From Candidatus Heimdallarchaeota archaeon (lineage in GTDB: Archaea > Asgardarchaeota > Heimdallarchaeia > Heimdallarchaeales > Heimdallarchaeaceae): a stretch of DNA of 64,000 nucleotides. Positions within the stretch are counted from its first letter, which is position 1. Each line of letters opens with the position of its first letter. Positions 1-10,380 of this stretch are shown here, one piece after another. Made by a program: the position numbers and the translations under genes. Location: NCBI GenBank assembly GCA_018238545.1, contig JABCTC010000017.1:1-64000 (forward strand), written 5' to 3'. Under the pieces are notes generated by a model. It saw only the letters and a list, made by a program, of their open reading frames with translations, was not told the origin of the DNA and did no database searches.

Positions 1-465
1 AACGCATAGAAGTGGAGTATCATCCAGCACTGAGCAGAATCTGTCATCAAGCAAAAAATCTCTATAATCGAGCAAATTTTCTGATAAAAACTTCTTTGAA
101 ACAAACAAACAAACTTCTCTTTTACTACGATCTTGACAGAAAGTTGAAACAGGAGGAGTGCTACCGTGTCCTCCCTGCTCCGAGGTATAAAAGTGGAGAC
201 TATTCCTGAACAATACACCTCTAAAAGCAGTTTCTTGGATAATGAGTTCCCTAAAAAACGTAAAAAGTACAAGGGGAAAAGGATCCACCGAGGGCTGTTT
301 CGTTCTGCTCAAGGCCACTTGATCAATGCTGACGTTAATGCCGCATACAATATTCTGATAAAAAGCGATCCGAAAGCCTTGCCTAAACGCAGGGTGAACG
401 GGGTAGGAGGATACGTGATGTATCCACTCAGAGTGATTATAGAGTGTCTTCGCCCTATATCATGA
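1..465 (+). pseudogene. tnpB: IS200/IS605-family TnpB remnant with a large internal deletion (N-terminal and C-terminal fragments in different frames)
   Basis: ORF 12-209 has the TnpB N-terminal signature (CHQAKNLYNRANF). ORF 166-465 has the C-terminal signature (EQYTSK..FLD, RIHRGLF, NADVNAAYNIL). The central region is absent and the gene start lies upstream of the window. Confidence 0.85.
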
Positions 466-547
466 CCTCTAAGCACGACATTTACCTAGCTTTGTCTAAT
501 AAGACAAGAAGACAAATAAGCATCATAAACAGTGTGCAATCAAGAAG

Positions 548-1042
548 TTACCATTTGAATCTTTCGCCATCCCATCCTCTAAGAATTCTGGCTAGCTCTC
601 CTATATGAAATGCATTGTGACGAAGCATGTAAACCAGTTTCCCTAATATGGAATCAAACCAATGAAAATCATCTTTTTTTAATAATTCTTCATTTGAAAC
701 GTCGTTAAGAAATTGTTCTATCCTTTGTTCTATCTCTTTGCTATATTCCCTTAGCGTATTCTTTGTAATAGTGAGTTTTTTTTCTGCTATTTCCTCTTTG
801 GAATTCGTTTCCCAGTCAAATCCTGCTTTATCCCCCCATTTCATTATGTCTGGAGTATCTCTAGAATAAAAATCAGCTGTTTCAATAATATGAAAGAGAA
901 TCCAAGAAAAACGCCAGTTTTTCCTTCCCACATGAAATTTCTTCTCAGGAACCTTATCTATAACTTGATTGAGATGCTTCCATTTGTCTTTGAACTGTGT
1001 GATTAACATCGAACTTAAGGAACTTATGCCCTCATCTTTCAT
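548..1042 (-). CDS. DinB-family protein
   Basis: Helical protein with WILFHIIE and LRHNAFHIGEL His motifs typical of DinB/YfiT; ATG at 1042 preferred. Confidence 0.75.
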   Translation of the reverse strand: MKDEGISSLSSMLITQFKDKWKHLNQVIDKVPEKKFHVGRKNWRFSWILFHIIETADFYSRDTPDIMKWGDKAGFDWETNSKEEIAEKKLTITKNTLREYSKEIEQRIEQFLNDVSNEELLKKDDFHWFDSILGKLVYMLRHNAFHIGELARILRGWDGERFKW

Positions 1043-1219
1043 GCAATTACTAGCGAACAATTCTATTTATATTTTATCTCTAGTCCCATTTTACTATATT
1101 TCTATATTTTTCTGGTTTTCTCAGTTCCAGTAATTTAATACTTACACTAAATGTTTTTTTTCATGATTTCCTTAACTTCTTGTTTTAAATCCTTCATTGT
1201 TAATCCTCTAATATAGTAA

Positions 1220-1487
1220 TTATTGTTGAATTTCCTTTAACAATTTTTCTGTTTTACTTGTCCACTTTAAAACAGCTTCAGATACATCTATTCCCATTAA
1301 CACTGTCATCAGATAGTAATAATGGTCATCATCCTTATCCAAATGATCGATCACGAAGATTCTTTTAGAATAATTTTAACATCTCGTTTCCTTGCTTAAT
1401 TCCACTTTTTGCCTCGTTGATGTAATTTGATGTGACTTCAATTGAAGTGATATTACCAAGATACACTTTCAGTAATAACTCTTGCAT
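1220..1487 (-). pseudogene. PadR-family regulator C-terminal domain remnant
   Basis: Manual translation gives MQELLLKVYLG...MLKLF* and then, after a frameshift, HYYYLMTVLMGIDVSEAVLKWTSKTEKLLKEIQQ*. This resembles the PadR C-terminal helical domain; no wHTH is seen upstream. Confidence 0.55.
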
Positions 1488-1634
1488 TATGATAAACAAG
1501 TTACTCGAACCTTTTGTATTAAGAGGAAGAGCTAACCATCGTTTAAGATGGCTTAAGGAACATGTATCGATGTGTGTCCGAAAAATGCAATTAGCTATAC
1601 TTTCAGTTCTAATCGCAGCAATATGTCTAAGTGA

Positions 1635-2552
1635 TTATTTTTCTCTTCTTTTTGTTAAGAATATATACAAAAAGAAAAAGGATATTGAAAGAATGCTAGT
1701 GAATAATGGGACAACATATTGGTAATGAGAAAATACATCATATCGTGTATAAGCAACAAATATAACGATTAGAAGAGAACCGAGAATTGCTGTGATGAAC
1801 GTAGATATCATAAAAACAAGATTATTGTTTTTAAAAATCACTGTGATCACGATTGTTATTAGTGCAAAAGCTGCACAAATGTATCCAACAATACTATTTA
1901 TTTGCATCATCTTCAGATATCCTGCATCTGCTGGAAAGATATAAACACCCATAATTCCAAATGCAAAGAGACCTGTTAAACCACTAGATACAAGTGAAAG
2001 AATTTTGAAGATATTTGGTGATACCTGCAATTTATTCTGCGAACTTTCTTCAGTATAATTAATAGATTCCATTGATAATTTAGAGAGGCTATCTATCTGT
2101 TGTTTGATTGTTCTCCATTGATCGAAAATTACATATAATATAACAAATAATCCTAATAAACCATTTATTGCAGCCAGTAATTTGTCAATCCAGAGTAGAA
2201 TGAAAGAGGAAATAATCATAATCACAATAAAAGTCAGCTGATATGATAAAACAGTAACGAAGTTTCCTTTTACTAGGTATGCTGGTACTGTAATTGGTAC
2301 ATCAAAACTTCTCATTTTTAATCCTTCAGAAGTTAAAGTGAATCTGTTTGATGGGAGTTTTTGAATTAAGTTATGTTCTTCCAGTTTGTCAAGATGCCTA
2401 CTCACTGTGCTCGAGCTGCTCATCCTTGTTGCTTTCATTGCTTCGCGTATTCCTACGCTTTCTGGATTTTTTGATTTAACAAAAATAAAAAGCTTCAATG
2501 TAACAGGATTTTCAAGTATCACCTTTGATTGAGTTAAATTATGTTCTTTCAT
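1635..2552 (-). CDS. Winged-helix DNA-binding domain fused to multi-pass membrane domains
   Basis: N-terminal VGIREAMKATRMSSSSTVSRHLDKLEEHNLI wHTH followed by about 6 hydrophobic segments. Confidence 0.7.
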   Translation of the reverse strand: MKEHNLTQSKVILENPVTLKLFIFVKSKNPESVGIREAMKATRMSSSSTVSRHLDKLEEHNLIQKLPSNRFTLTSEGLKMRSFDVPITVPAYLVKGNFVTVLSYQLTFIVIMIISSFILLWIDKLLAAINGLLGLFVILYVIFDQWRTIKQQIDSLSKLSMESINYTEESSQNKLQVSPNIFKILSLVSSGLTGLFAFGIMGVYIFPADAGYLKMMQINSIVGYICAAFALITIVITVIFKNNNLVFMISTFITAILGSLLIVIFVAYTRYDVFSHYQYVVPLFTSILSISFFFLYIFLTKRREK

Positions 2553-2573
2553 TTTATCACTTTTGTATAGGGA

Positions 2574-3374
2574 TTAGTAAAATTGCTCCAAGAATTCATT
2601 TATTGCCTCTGTATAAATTGGGAATAATTCTAGAATTTCACCTTTGTAGAAATAATCATATTTGTCTCTACCATCCTCAAACTCTTCAGAATTTTCAAGC
2701 CTTATCCCCCAACTAGTTGGAGTCCCTATATATTCTGTGAATCTTACTAAACGAATAAAGATTGTATTATCATAAGTTTCTATCCAGAACATTGAACCAT
2801 CTCTATAAATCTGTTTAATTTCAAAAGAAAATACGCCTGGCTTCCTAGTTTCGTTTATTTCTATCCAATAGTTTTCAGAGACATCAGTTTGACTTTGAAC
2901 TGCTTCAAGTTCAGTTGTAAGTGCATGATAAAGCGGATCTAAAACGCTATCATTCATAATGTGATAAGTTTCGTACTCTGTAGTATTATCAAGATAATCC
3001 ATCATCTGTAAAATTTGTTTATCATTTTCTGCAATATACCAACTGTGAATTGAAAAAACTGAATAGTTAAAATATGGAATTAATGTACTACCCCAATTCG
3101 CCCCCACTATAGATGTTTCTGTTGTTAGAGCTATAATGTGTTCAGATCGCTCATTCATTTGTAAAGAAAGTGTTTTCATTGATGAGAAATCCCACTCAAA
3201 TGGCGGTAAAAGCTTATATCCTTCATCTTCAGAAGAGCTTACACCATAATATATGCCTATTGCAACTGAAGTTGTTATTAAAGCTGTAATAAAACCAAAA
3301 AGAATACCTCTCAGATATGGTTGAACTTTCATGTTCTTCAAAATACGATTATTGAAGTCCCTAATAAACCCCAT
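2574..3374 (-). CDS. Membrane-anchored hypothetical protein
   Basis: Single N-terminal TM helix followed by an acidic soluble domain. Confidence 0.6.
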   Translation of the reverse strand: MGFIRDFNNRILKNMKVQPYLRGILFGFITALITTSVAIGIYYGVSSSEDEGYKLLPPFEWDFSSMKTLSLQMNERSEHIIALTTETSIVGANWGSTLIPYFNYSVFSIHSWYIAENDKQILQMMDYLDNTTEYETYHIMNDSVLDPLYHALTTELEAVQSQTDVSENYWIEINETRKPGVFSFEIKQIYRDGSMFWIETYDNTIFIRLVRFTEYIGTPTSWGIRLENSEEFEDGRDKYDYFYKGEILELFPIYTEAINEFLEQFY

Positions 3375-3538
3375 TCCAGAACAGCGTTGCTCTCTCCTGA
3401 AGAAGAAGCAAAGATGGAACTACCCAAAAGAGTTTTCGAAAGCGAACCTCCTTTCTTTTAACCCCAATTCTTCTTTTTTTCCTTTTTTTCTTTTACCCGT
3501 TAAGCTTTGAATAAAGAAGTGTTAAGGTATCTAAAAGA

Positions 3539-3985
3539 TTATTTCTTCCTCCTTTTTGTTATTATTATATGCAAATAGACAAATAATATTGAAAGAATGC
3601 TAGTGAAAAATGGGACAACATATTGGAAATGAGTAAATGAATATTCTCCAAATGGAGAAACAGCAAATATGGAGAATTGAAGAGAACCGAGAATTGCTGT
3701 GATAAAAGATAATATTGTAAAAACCCAACTATTTTCCTTGAAAATCACTGTAATTACTATTGTTATAAATGCGCAAGTTGCACATATGTAACCAACAATA
3801 CTAATAATCTGTATGAGCTGCGAGTACACAACATCAATTAGCAAGAGCAAAATTCCTCCAAATGGTTCAAATCCAGATAAGAAACCTGTCATACCAATAA
3901 ATATGAGTGAAAGTGTTTTGAAAATATTTGGAGATAGTTGCAATTTAGTATGAGAAATTTCTTTAGTATTCTCATTGAATTCCAT
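3539..3985 (-). CDS. 4-TM membrane protein, paralog of the C-terminal half of 1635-2552
   Basis: Shares SPNIFK.LSL, SIVGYICA, FITAILGSL and QYVVP.FTSILSI with 1635-2552. Confidence 0.75.
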   Translation of the reverse strand: MEFNENTKEISHTKLQLSPNIFKTLSLIFIGMTGFLSGFEPFGGILLLLIDVVYSQLIQIISIVGYICATCAFITIVITVIFKENSWVFTILSFITAILGSLQFSIFAVSPFGEYSFTHFQYVVPFFTSILSILFVYLHIIITKRRKK

Positions 3986-4085
3986 TAGTAAGACAATTGT
4001 TGTAAATTTATTAAGTTTATCGAACTAAACCTTGACTAATAGACTTTTTACTTAAGTAATACTTGTATACAAAACACTTATTAGT

Positions 4086-4898
4086 TTGGCAACTACTACT
4101 ATGGGTAGTAGTATTAATTTAATTGATAAAGAAGGTGATAATTTGGCTACTCAGAGTGAATATGTCATAGAAACAACAGATTTGGTAAAAATATACAAAA
4201 CTGGTAAAGTAAAAGCAGTAGATGGTTTAAATCTGAAAATAAAGAAGAGTGAGATCTATGCCCTTATTGGTGCAAACGGTAGTGGAAAAACAACTGCATT
4301 AAATATGATAAGTGGGGCATTATTCCCAACTTCAGGGAGCATTAAAGTACTTGGCCATGATATTCCTGAAAAAAGAAGCCTGATTTCAAATCATATTGGA
4401 ATGGCTCCTCAAGATTATTCTATTTATCATGATTTAAGTCTAGAGGAAAATGTTCGCTTTTTCTCTCAATTATACGGGATGACTAAAGCAGAATTTTCTC
4501 CAAGATATGATGAATTACTTAAAATTCTGCGTTTGAAAGAGAAAAGAAAAGCCTTGGTTAAGAATCTATCTGGTGGAATGAAAAGAAGAGCTAGTATAGC
4601 TTGTGCTTTGATACATTCTCCTAGAATAGTGTTTTTTGATGAAGCCACTGTAGGTGTTGATCCTGTTCTTAGAACCTTTTTCTGGGAATATTTTAGGTCA
4701 CTAAAGGACGAAGGTATTACTCTCGTAATTACCTCACACGTAATGGATGAAGCTGAAAGAGCAGATAGGATTGGTTTGATGAGAGCTGGAAAATTAATAG
4801 CAGAAGGAACCCCTATGGAGTTGAAGAAAGAACACAATGCTTCCACTATAGAGGAGATTTTCATAAAATTAAGTGAAGGAGAGATTATCGATGAGTAA
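4086..4898 (+). CDS. ABC transporter ATP-binding protein (ABC-2/drug-exporter type)
   Basis: Walker A GANGSGKTT, signature LSGGMKRR, Walker B FFDE, SH switch. Confidence 0.95.
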   Translation: MATTTMGSSINLIDKEGDNLATQSEYVIETTDLVKIYKTGKVKAVDGLNLKIKKSEIYALIGANGSGKTTALNMISGALFPTSGSIKVLGHDIPEKRSLISNHIGMAPQDYSIYHDLSLEENVRFFSQLYGMTKAEFSPRYDELLKILRLKEKRKALVKNLSGGMKRRASIACALIHSPRIVFFDEATVGVDPVLRTFFWEYFRSLKDEGITLVITSHVMDEAERADRIGLMRAGKLIAEGTPMELKKEHNASTIEEIFIKLSEGEIIDE

Positions 4899-6048
4899 AA
4901 AAGAGAAAAATGAAATAATTCCTAAAAACTTGAATTTTTCATTCAGAAGAACTATGGCAATTGCATCTAGAACAATGAATCAGTTCCGAAGAGATAGAAG
5001 AACTTTAGGTTTACTAATTGTAGTTCCTATTGCTATTATGCTAATATTTGGTTTAGCATTCAGTGGAGAAGTGAATAATGTTCCAATTATTCTTGATAAT
5101 CAGGATGTGGAATATATGAGCATAAACTTTGGCCTAAATTTTTCAGAAGCTCTTCAGGCAGACAATAGCGTCGATATAACTGATGGTGATTACACTGAAG
5201 GCATTGATTTAGTTGAACGTGGCAGATTCTATGCTACGGTTCTTATACCAGAAAATTTCTCTGAAAACATTGTCCGAATGTTCATGGGAGATGATGTTTC
5301 TGGTGATCTTTTCATATATATTGATGCAACAAAACCCCAGGTGCGCGCTAGCATACTAGGAGCGATTCATGACGCCTTGGATGAAGCCATGGGGGAAACA
5401 GGAATAAATGTTGTGCAAATATTGGCACATGAGGGAGCAGAGTTTACAGGCATAGATGTTGGTATTCCCTCTGTTATTGCATTTGTTCTGATATTTCTTC
5501 TAGTCATAGTAGGTGTAATAACCGTTACAAGAGAAAAAATACAGGGGACAGAAGATCGTCTCTTTGCAACACCATTAAGATCTTCAGAGAGATTATTGGG
5601 CTATGTTATAGGTTTGTTACTAATTGCCTTAATAATGATAACACTGGTTTTAGTCTTTGGAGTATTCATATTTGGTGCTAGAGTTCAAGGAAATGTCTTC
5701 TTGCTTATATTTGCTGCCACTCTATTTGGTATAGCTCATGTATTCATGGCAGTCTTCTTAGCAAACTTTGCACAGAATGAATTGCAAGCAATACAATTTG
5801 CTCCACTAACAGCTATTCCAAGTATGGCTTTAGGAGGAATGTTAGTACCAATTGTTAGCTTACCCGTCTGGTTACAACCTGTATCTTACGTTGTTCCATT
5901 GACATATGGAATCAACTTATTTGAAGGGATAATGCTTAAAGGATGGGGTTTCGCAGAACTCTGGGTAGACTTCTTAGTTGTAGCTGGGATGTGTGTATTA
6001 TTTTTCATATTTGCAGTTCTAACTGTAAGGAATAGAATGAGAGATTGA
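4891..6048 (+). CDS. ABC-2 type permease
   Basis: RRDRRTL N-terminus, extracellular loop, REKIQGTEDRLFATP motif, ~6 TMs; overlaps the ATPase gene end. Confidence 0.9.
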   Translation: MSKKEKNEIIPKNLNFSFRRTMAIASRTMNQFRRDRRTLGLLIVVPIAIMLIFGLAFSGEVNNVPIILDNQDVEYMSINFGLNFSEALQADNSVDITDGDYTEGIDLVERGRFYATVLIPENFSENIVRMFMGDDVSGDLFIYIDATKPQVRASILGAIHDALDEAMGETGINVVQILAHEGAEFTGIDVGIPSVIAFVLIFLLVIVGVITVTREKIQGTEDRLFATPLRSSERLLGYVIGLLLIALIMITLVLVFGVFIFGARVQGNVFLLIFAATLFGIAHVFMAVFLANFAQNELQAIQFAPLTAIPSMALGGMLVPIVSLPVWLQPVSYVVPLTYGINLFEGIMLKGWGFAELWVDFLVVAGMCVLFFIFAVLTVRNRMRD

Positions 6049-6057
6049 AGTGATTAA

Positions 6058-6888
6058 ATGAACACAAAATCTCCCCCTTCTTTTTCTAAAGAAGATGCGA
6101 TCACAGCACTCTCGAGTCTTGGATTAGCACTTGGTGAAGCTAAAACCTATACCTCATTAGTGGGAATGGGACCAACTCATGCATCAACAATTGCTCGTTT
6201 AGCAGATGTTCCGCAACCTAAGGTTTATGGCTTTCTAGAAAGATTAGTTGAGCGAACTTTTGTTACGAGACAAGAGAAGGAAGGTATACCTGACACTTTT
6301 ATGGCCGTTCCTTATGAAATTGTTATTGAATCTTTAGAGAGTCAATTCCAATCAAAATTGAAAGTTGCAAATAGATATTTTGAGCAAGTAAAAAGTGAAC
6401 AACGTACTAGGGATGTAGAAGATCTTTTCTCATATTTTGAAGGAAAAAGGGCTGTTTATGCGGGATTAAAGAATATAATCGATAATATGCAAACAAATAT
6501 TGTCTTTCTTCTTTTAAGCTCAGAAGATGAAGAAACAATCCAGAATTTGTTGAAAGAGCGAAAGAAATCCAGTCCGAAAATAGATATTTTACATTTGCAA
6601 TCTAGTGAAAGGCTACAAAAGATACCTCCATTGAGAAAGCTAATGAAAAATGAAGAGTTTCAAGATCTACTTGCAAGTAAGCTAAGTGTATTCTACATTG
6701 ATGTTGACTTTGAGAAAAATTCTTGTTCATCGATGAATATGGTTTTTCCGCCCATTGATCCATTTGGTCAAGTTTTAATCAACGTTAAACATCCAATAGC
6801 TTTGAATGCTCAATTACAACTGTTCTCAAGTATAATTGATGCTTTGCAAAATCTTGGTTTGAAGATTAGTGAGCTAAAACTAAAATGA
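6058..6888 (+). CDS. TrmB-family transcriptional regulator
   Basis: LGLALGEAKTY...ASTIARLADVPQPKVYGFLERL TrmB wHTH. Confidence 0.85.
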   Translation: MNTKSPPSFSKEDAITALSSLGLALGEAKTYTSLVGMGPTHASTIARLADVPQPKVYGFLERLVERTFVTRQEKEGIPDTFMAVPYEIVIESLESQFQSKLKVANRYFEQVKSEQRTRDVEDLFSYFEGKRAVYAGLKNIIDNMQTNIVFLLLSSEDEETIQNLLKERKKSSPKIDILHLQSSERLQKIPPLRKLMKNEEFQDLLASKLSVFYIDVDFEKNSCSSMNMVFPPIDPFGQVLINVKHPIALNAQLQLFSSIIDALQNLGLKISELKLK

Positions 6889-7059
6889 AGTTGCAACACT
6901 TCATTCTCTTCTTTTCTTTTGAATCACTAACTATTAAGTTAATATCAAAATCTGTGACTATACATTTTTTTCAGAGTTACATATAATTTGCAGGAATTAA
7001 AACATTGAATTTATGAGAAAAATAATTATAAACGTAAAAATAACTAGATATTGAATACC

Positions 7060-8892
7060 ATGGCTGAAGCAAAAAACTCTGAACTAACTGGATCTGAAGT
7101 TATCATAGAATATCTCATTAAAGAGGGTCTTCCTTATATCTTTGGCATTCCTGGTCATGGATGTTTAGGTTTCACCGATGCCTTATACAAATATCAAGAT
7201 AAGATAAGAGTTATTCAACCTAAACAAGAAATGGCTGGTGTTCATATGGCTGTAGGTTATTATAGAGTAACTGGGCAGCCATTAGCTGTTTTTACAAGTA
7301 TTGGACCTGGAGCAATAAATACGGCAATAGGACTAGCAGATGCCTATGTTGATTCAATGCCAGTGCTTGTCCTCACAGGAGATACACATGTACATATGAG
7401 AGGAGTTGGTGTGCTTCAAGAAATCGAAAGAAGAAAGGATAGTTCAATGCCTAGAATACTTGAATCGATTGTGAAGAGATCATTTGAGTTATCATCAGCT
7501 GGTCAAGTTCCCAAGGTTATTCAGAGAGCTTTCAACATTATGCTTACAGGAAGAAAAGGTCCAGTACATATCAATTTACCAATGGATGTTCAATGTGACT
7601 ATACCGAGGGAAAAGTACCTATTCCTGAAAAAAGAAGATCAACCTCTAAGATAAGGGGAGATATTGATCATATTAAACTTGCAGCAGAGATGTTAATGAG
7701 TGCAAAAAGACCTGTTGTTTGGTTAGGTGGAGGAGTAGTAGCATCCAAAGCTTTTGAAGAAGTTAAGGAAATAGCAGAATTCACAGGGGCTCCCGTACTT
7801 ACATCAATGATGGCAAAGGATGCATTTCCAAATGATCATCCTCTCTTTGGTTGGGCAACAGGATCGAAAGGAACAAAAATGGGCATACAGCTTAGTAGCA
7901 AGGCTGATGTTGTCTTAGCTATTGGGACAAGATTTGCAGATGAATCTACATGTTCCTACAGAAAGGGAGTAGCATGGAATTTTGGTAATGGAATAAATGA
8001 TACAAGATTGATTCATGTGGATATAGACCCAAATGAAATTGGGAAAAATTATCCAACAGATGTGGGAATTGTGGGAGATGCTAAAGCTGTATTGGCGGAT
8101 ATGTTGGATGTTTTAAGACATCATTTCACCCCAGTAAATTATCTCACATCCTTCTACTTCAACGAAATTCATCAACGAAAAGAAGAATGGCTAAAATTTG
8201 TTAATGATTGGAGAATTCCTTCTTTGGAACCCGTAATGATTTCATGTGTTCTAAAAGAAGTACGAGAATTTTTGAGAAGAGATGCGATTGTTGTAACAAG
8301 TTCAGGTAATGTTCAAGCTCAATTAATTCAAGAGTTTGAGTTTTATGAACCTTATACTTGTATAACAGCTGGAGGATTCTCTACCATGGGATTTACATTA
8401 CCTGCTGCTATTGGAGCAAAACTTGGGCAACCCAACAAGCAAGTTATAGGACTTGTTGGAGATGGAGATTTCATGATGACAATGCAGGAACTTCATACAG
8501 CTAAACAGCTGAATCTGAATGTTGTTATTGTAATTCTAAATAATGCTGGATGGATTGCAATCACTGATTTGCAAAGAGCTGTCTATGGAGAAAAACGCGG
8601 ATTTGCTACAGAGTTCAAAGATCATAAAGGTGAGTCTTACTCACCTGATTTTGCAGCTTTAGCTAAAGGATTTGGGTGCTGGGGTCGAAAAATTTCTAAA
8701 ATAGATGAAATAAAACCTGCATTAGAAGATGCCTTTAAACAAGAGGGACCAGCAGTTGTTGAAATTATGGTTAACAGAGATCCTAAATACTCTGGATCAC
8801 CTGCATGGGGCTGGTGGGATGTACCTATTCCAGCTTATATGAAAGAAAAACGAGAGAAATATTTAGAACAAAAGCTCGAAGAAACATTATAA
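7060..8892 (+). CDS. Thiamine-diphosphate enzyme, acetolactate synthase large-subunit-like
   Basis: FGIPG, SIGPGAIN and GPVHINLPMD motifs plus the TPP-binding GDGDF...NN motif. Confidence 0.9.
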   Translation: MAEAKNSELTGSEVIIEYLIKEGLPYIFGIPGHGCLGFTDALYKYQDKIRVIQPKQEMAGVHMAVGYYRVTGQPLAVFTSIGPGAINTAIGLADAYVDSMPVLVLTGDTHVHMRGVGVLQEIERRKDSSMPRILESIVKRSFELSSAGQVPKVIQRAFNIMLTGRKGPVHINLPMDVQCDYTEGKVPIPEKRRSTSKIRGDIDHIKLAAEMLMSAKRPVVWLGGGVVASKAFEEVKEIAEFTGAPVLTSMMAKDAFPNDHPLFGWATGSKGTKMGIQLSSKADVVLAIGTRFADESTCSYRKGVAWNFGNGINDTRLIHVDIDPNEIGKNYPTDVGIVGDAKAVLADMLDVLRHHFTPVNYLTSFYFNEIHQRKEEWLKFVNDWRIPSLEPVMISCVLKEVREFLRRDAIVVTSSGNVQAQLIQEFEFYEPYTCITAGGFSTMGFTLPAAIGAKLGQPNKQVIGLVGDGDFMMTMQELHTAKQLNLNVVIVILNNAGWIAITDLQRAVYGEKRGFATEFKDHKGESYSPDFAALAKGFGCWGRKISKIDEIKPALEDAFKQEGPAVVEIMVNRDPKYSGSPAWGWWDVPIPAYMKEKREKYLEQKLEETL

Positions 8893-8948
8893 CTTGATAG
8901 TTCAAAACTTGTGAAAGTTTTTATTAAAGCATTGTAAAAATCATACTT

Positions 8949-10324
8949 ATGACTAATGAAGTACCTTTAGGCAGAAATCTTGCATACGCTACCGGAGAAA
9001 TAACTGATGCAGTAGCCTATCATGTATTCTCGTTTCTTATTTTTACTTTTTATTATGCGTTGTTGGGATAGAAATTAAGTATATCATGCTGATGTATATA
9101 CTTTGGTCTGTCTATAATGCCTTTAATGATCCTATCCTTGGAGGTTTATCAGATAAAACTAGAACAAAGAAATTTGGTGGTGGAAGAAGAAGGTCTTGGA
9201 TGGTCGTAATGCTGATTCCTCTAGCGTTGATAATGTTCTTCTTGTTTACACCTTTTGCAACTTATGCGGAAGCTCCAGTTTGGACAGTAATCTACTTCTT
9301 CTTAATTATCTGTCTTTTTGACACAATTTATACTGCTTTTTCTCTTAGTAGAACTTCACTATACCCTGAAATGTTTAGAACTGACAGAGCTAGAGAAGAA
9401 GCTGGAATGGGAAGGAGAATTATGATGGTATTTGGCTTGATAGTTGCAATGGTTGTACCTACCTTAATCATTCCAGATTTAACCATATCCACTCAAAGTA
9501 ATATCTACAATTATTGGATTGCTGGTGCTGTTTTAGGAATTATTGCTTTCATTACAGGATTTATCAATATTAAGTGGGGTGTAAAATAACCTCCTGTTGA
9601 AGAATTAGAACAAAAGGATACCATGGGTGTATTCCAATCAATTTGGTACACAATCAAGAACTGGAAATTTGTTGTTTTTGCATTATGTTCAACTATGAAC
9701 TGGTATGTGTTCGGCATGTTTCCAATGATAATTCCAATATATACAAAATTCGCACTTGGAATGCCAGAAGGCATATACGCTAGCATCTTACTCTTAGTAG
9801 CGTTTATTAGTTCTGCCCCTGGAGTCGTTCTCTGGACGTTTGTAGATAGAAAATTAGGTAGTAAAGTTGGTTTTATTATATCCCAAGCATTTTGGATAGC
9901 TGTTCTTATTCCAATGTTTTTCATAACAGATTACACTATTGCATTGATTATGTTTGTTTTCAATGGAATTGCATTGGGTGGTTCACCCTACTTCATTGAT
10001 AGAAATATTTCAAATATTGTAGACGAAGATGAATTGAAAACAAACCAAAGAAGAGAAGGTTCCTACTATGGTGTTCATGCACTATTTGTTAGATTGGCTG
10101 CAATTTTAGGTATTGTATCAGTTACTGTGATTCTATCAAAATACGGTTGGTCACTATTTAACCCTGAAAATGTTACCGGGGATCTATTAGCGGGATTAAG
10201 GTCATTAGTATCAATCTTCCCATCAGTAGCATTAGCTTTGGGAATAACCTTTCTATTATTCTTCCCAATTAACAAAAAAACCATTGCAGAAATACACGAA
10301 AAAACTAAACCGAAGAATCTTTAA
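8949..10324 (+). pseudogene. GPH/MelB-like MFS transporter broken by a frameshift (~9058) and an in-frame TAA (9587-9589)
   Basis: ATG 8949 gives MTNEVPLGRNLAYATG..FTFYYA. NAFNDPILGGLSDKT (9086 ORF) and RREGSYYG (9623 ORF) are in the same frame, separated by one stop. Confidence 0.85.
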
Positions 10325-10380
10325 ATTCTTCATTTTTATTCTTTTTAATCCTTTATTATAAGTGAAAGATAAGGAAGTGA

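Noticed and set aside
1-465. tnpB remnant as the effector for the mini-array
   Set aside because: It is 36 kb away, outside the element, and lacks most of the protein.
3375-3530. Pyrimidine-rich intergenic stretch as a MITE or ncRNA
   Set aside because: No terminal repeats, second copy or convincing structure was found.
9587-9589. Programmed read-through or recoding in the MFS gene
   Set aside because: The stop is TAA and a separate frameshift exists, so decay or a sequencing error is simpler.
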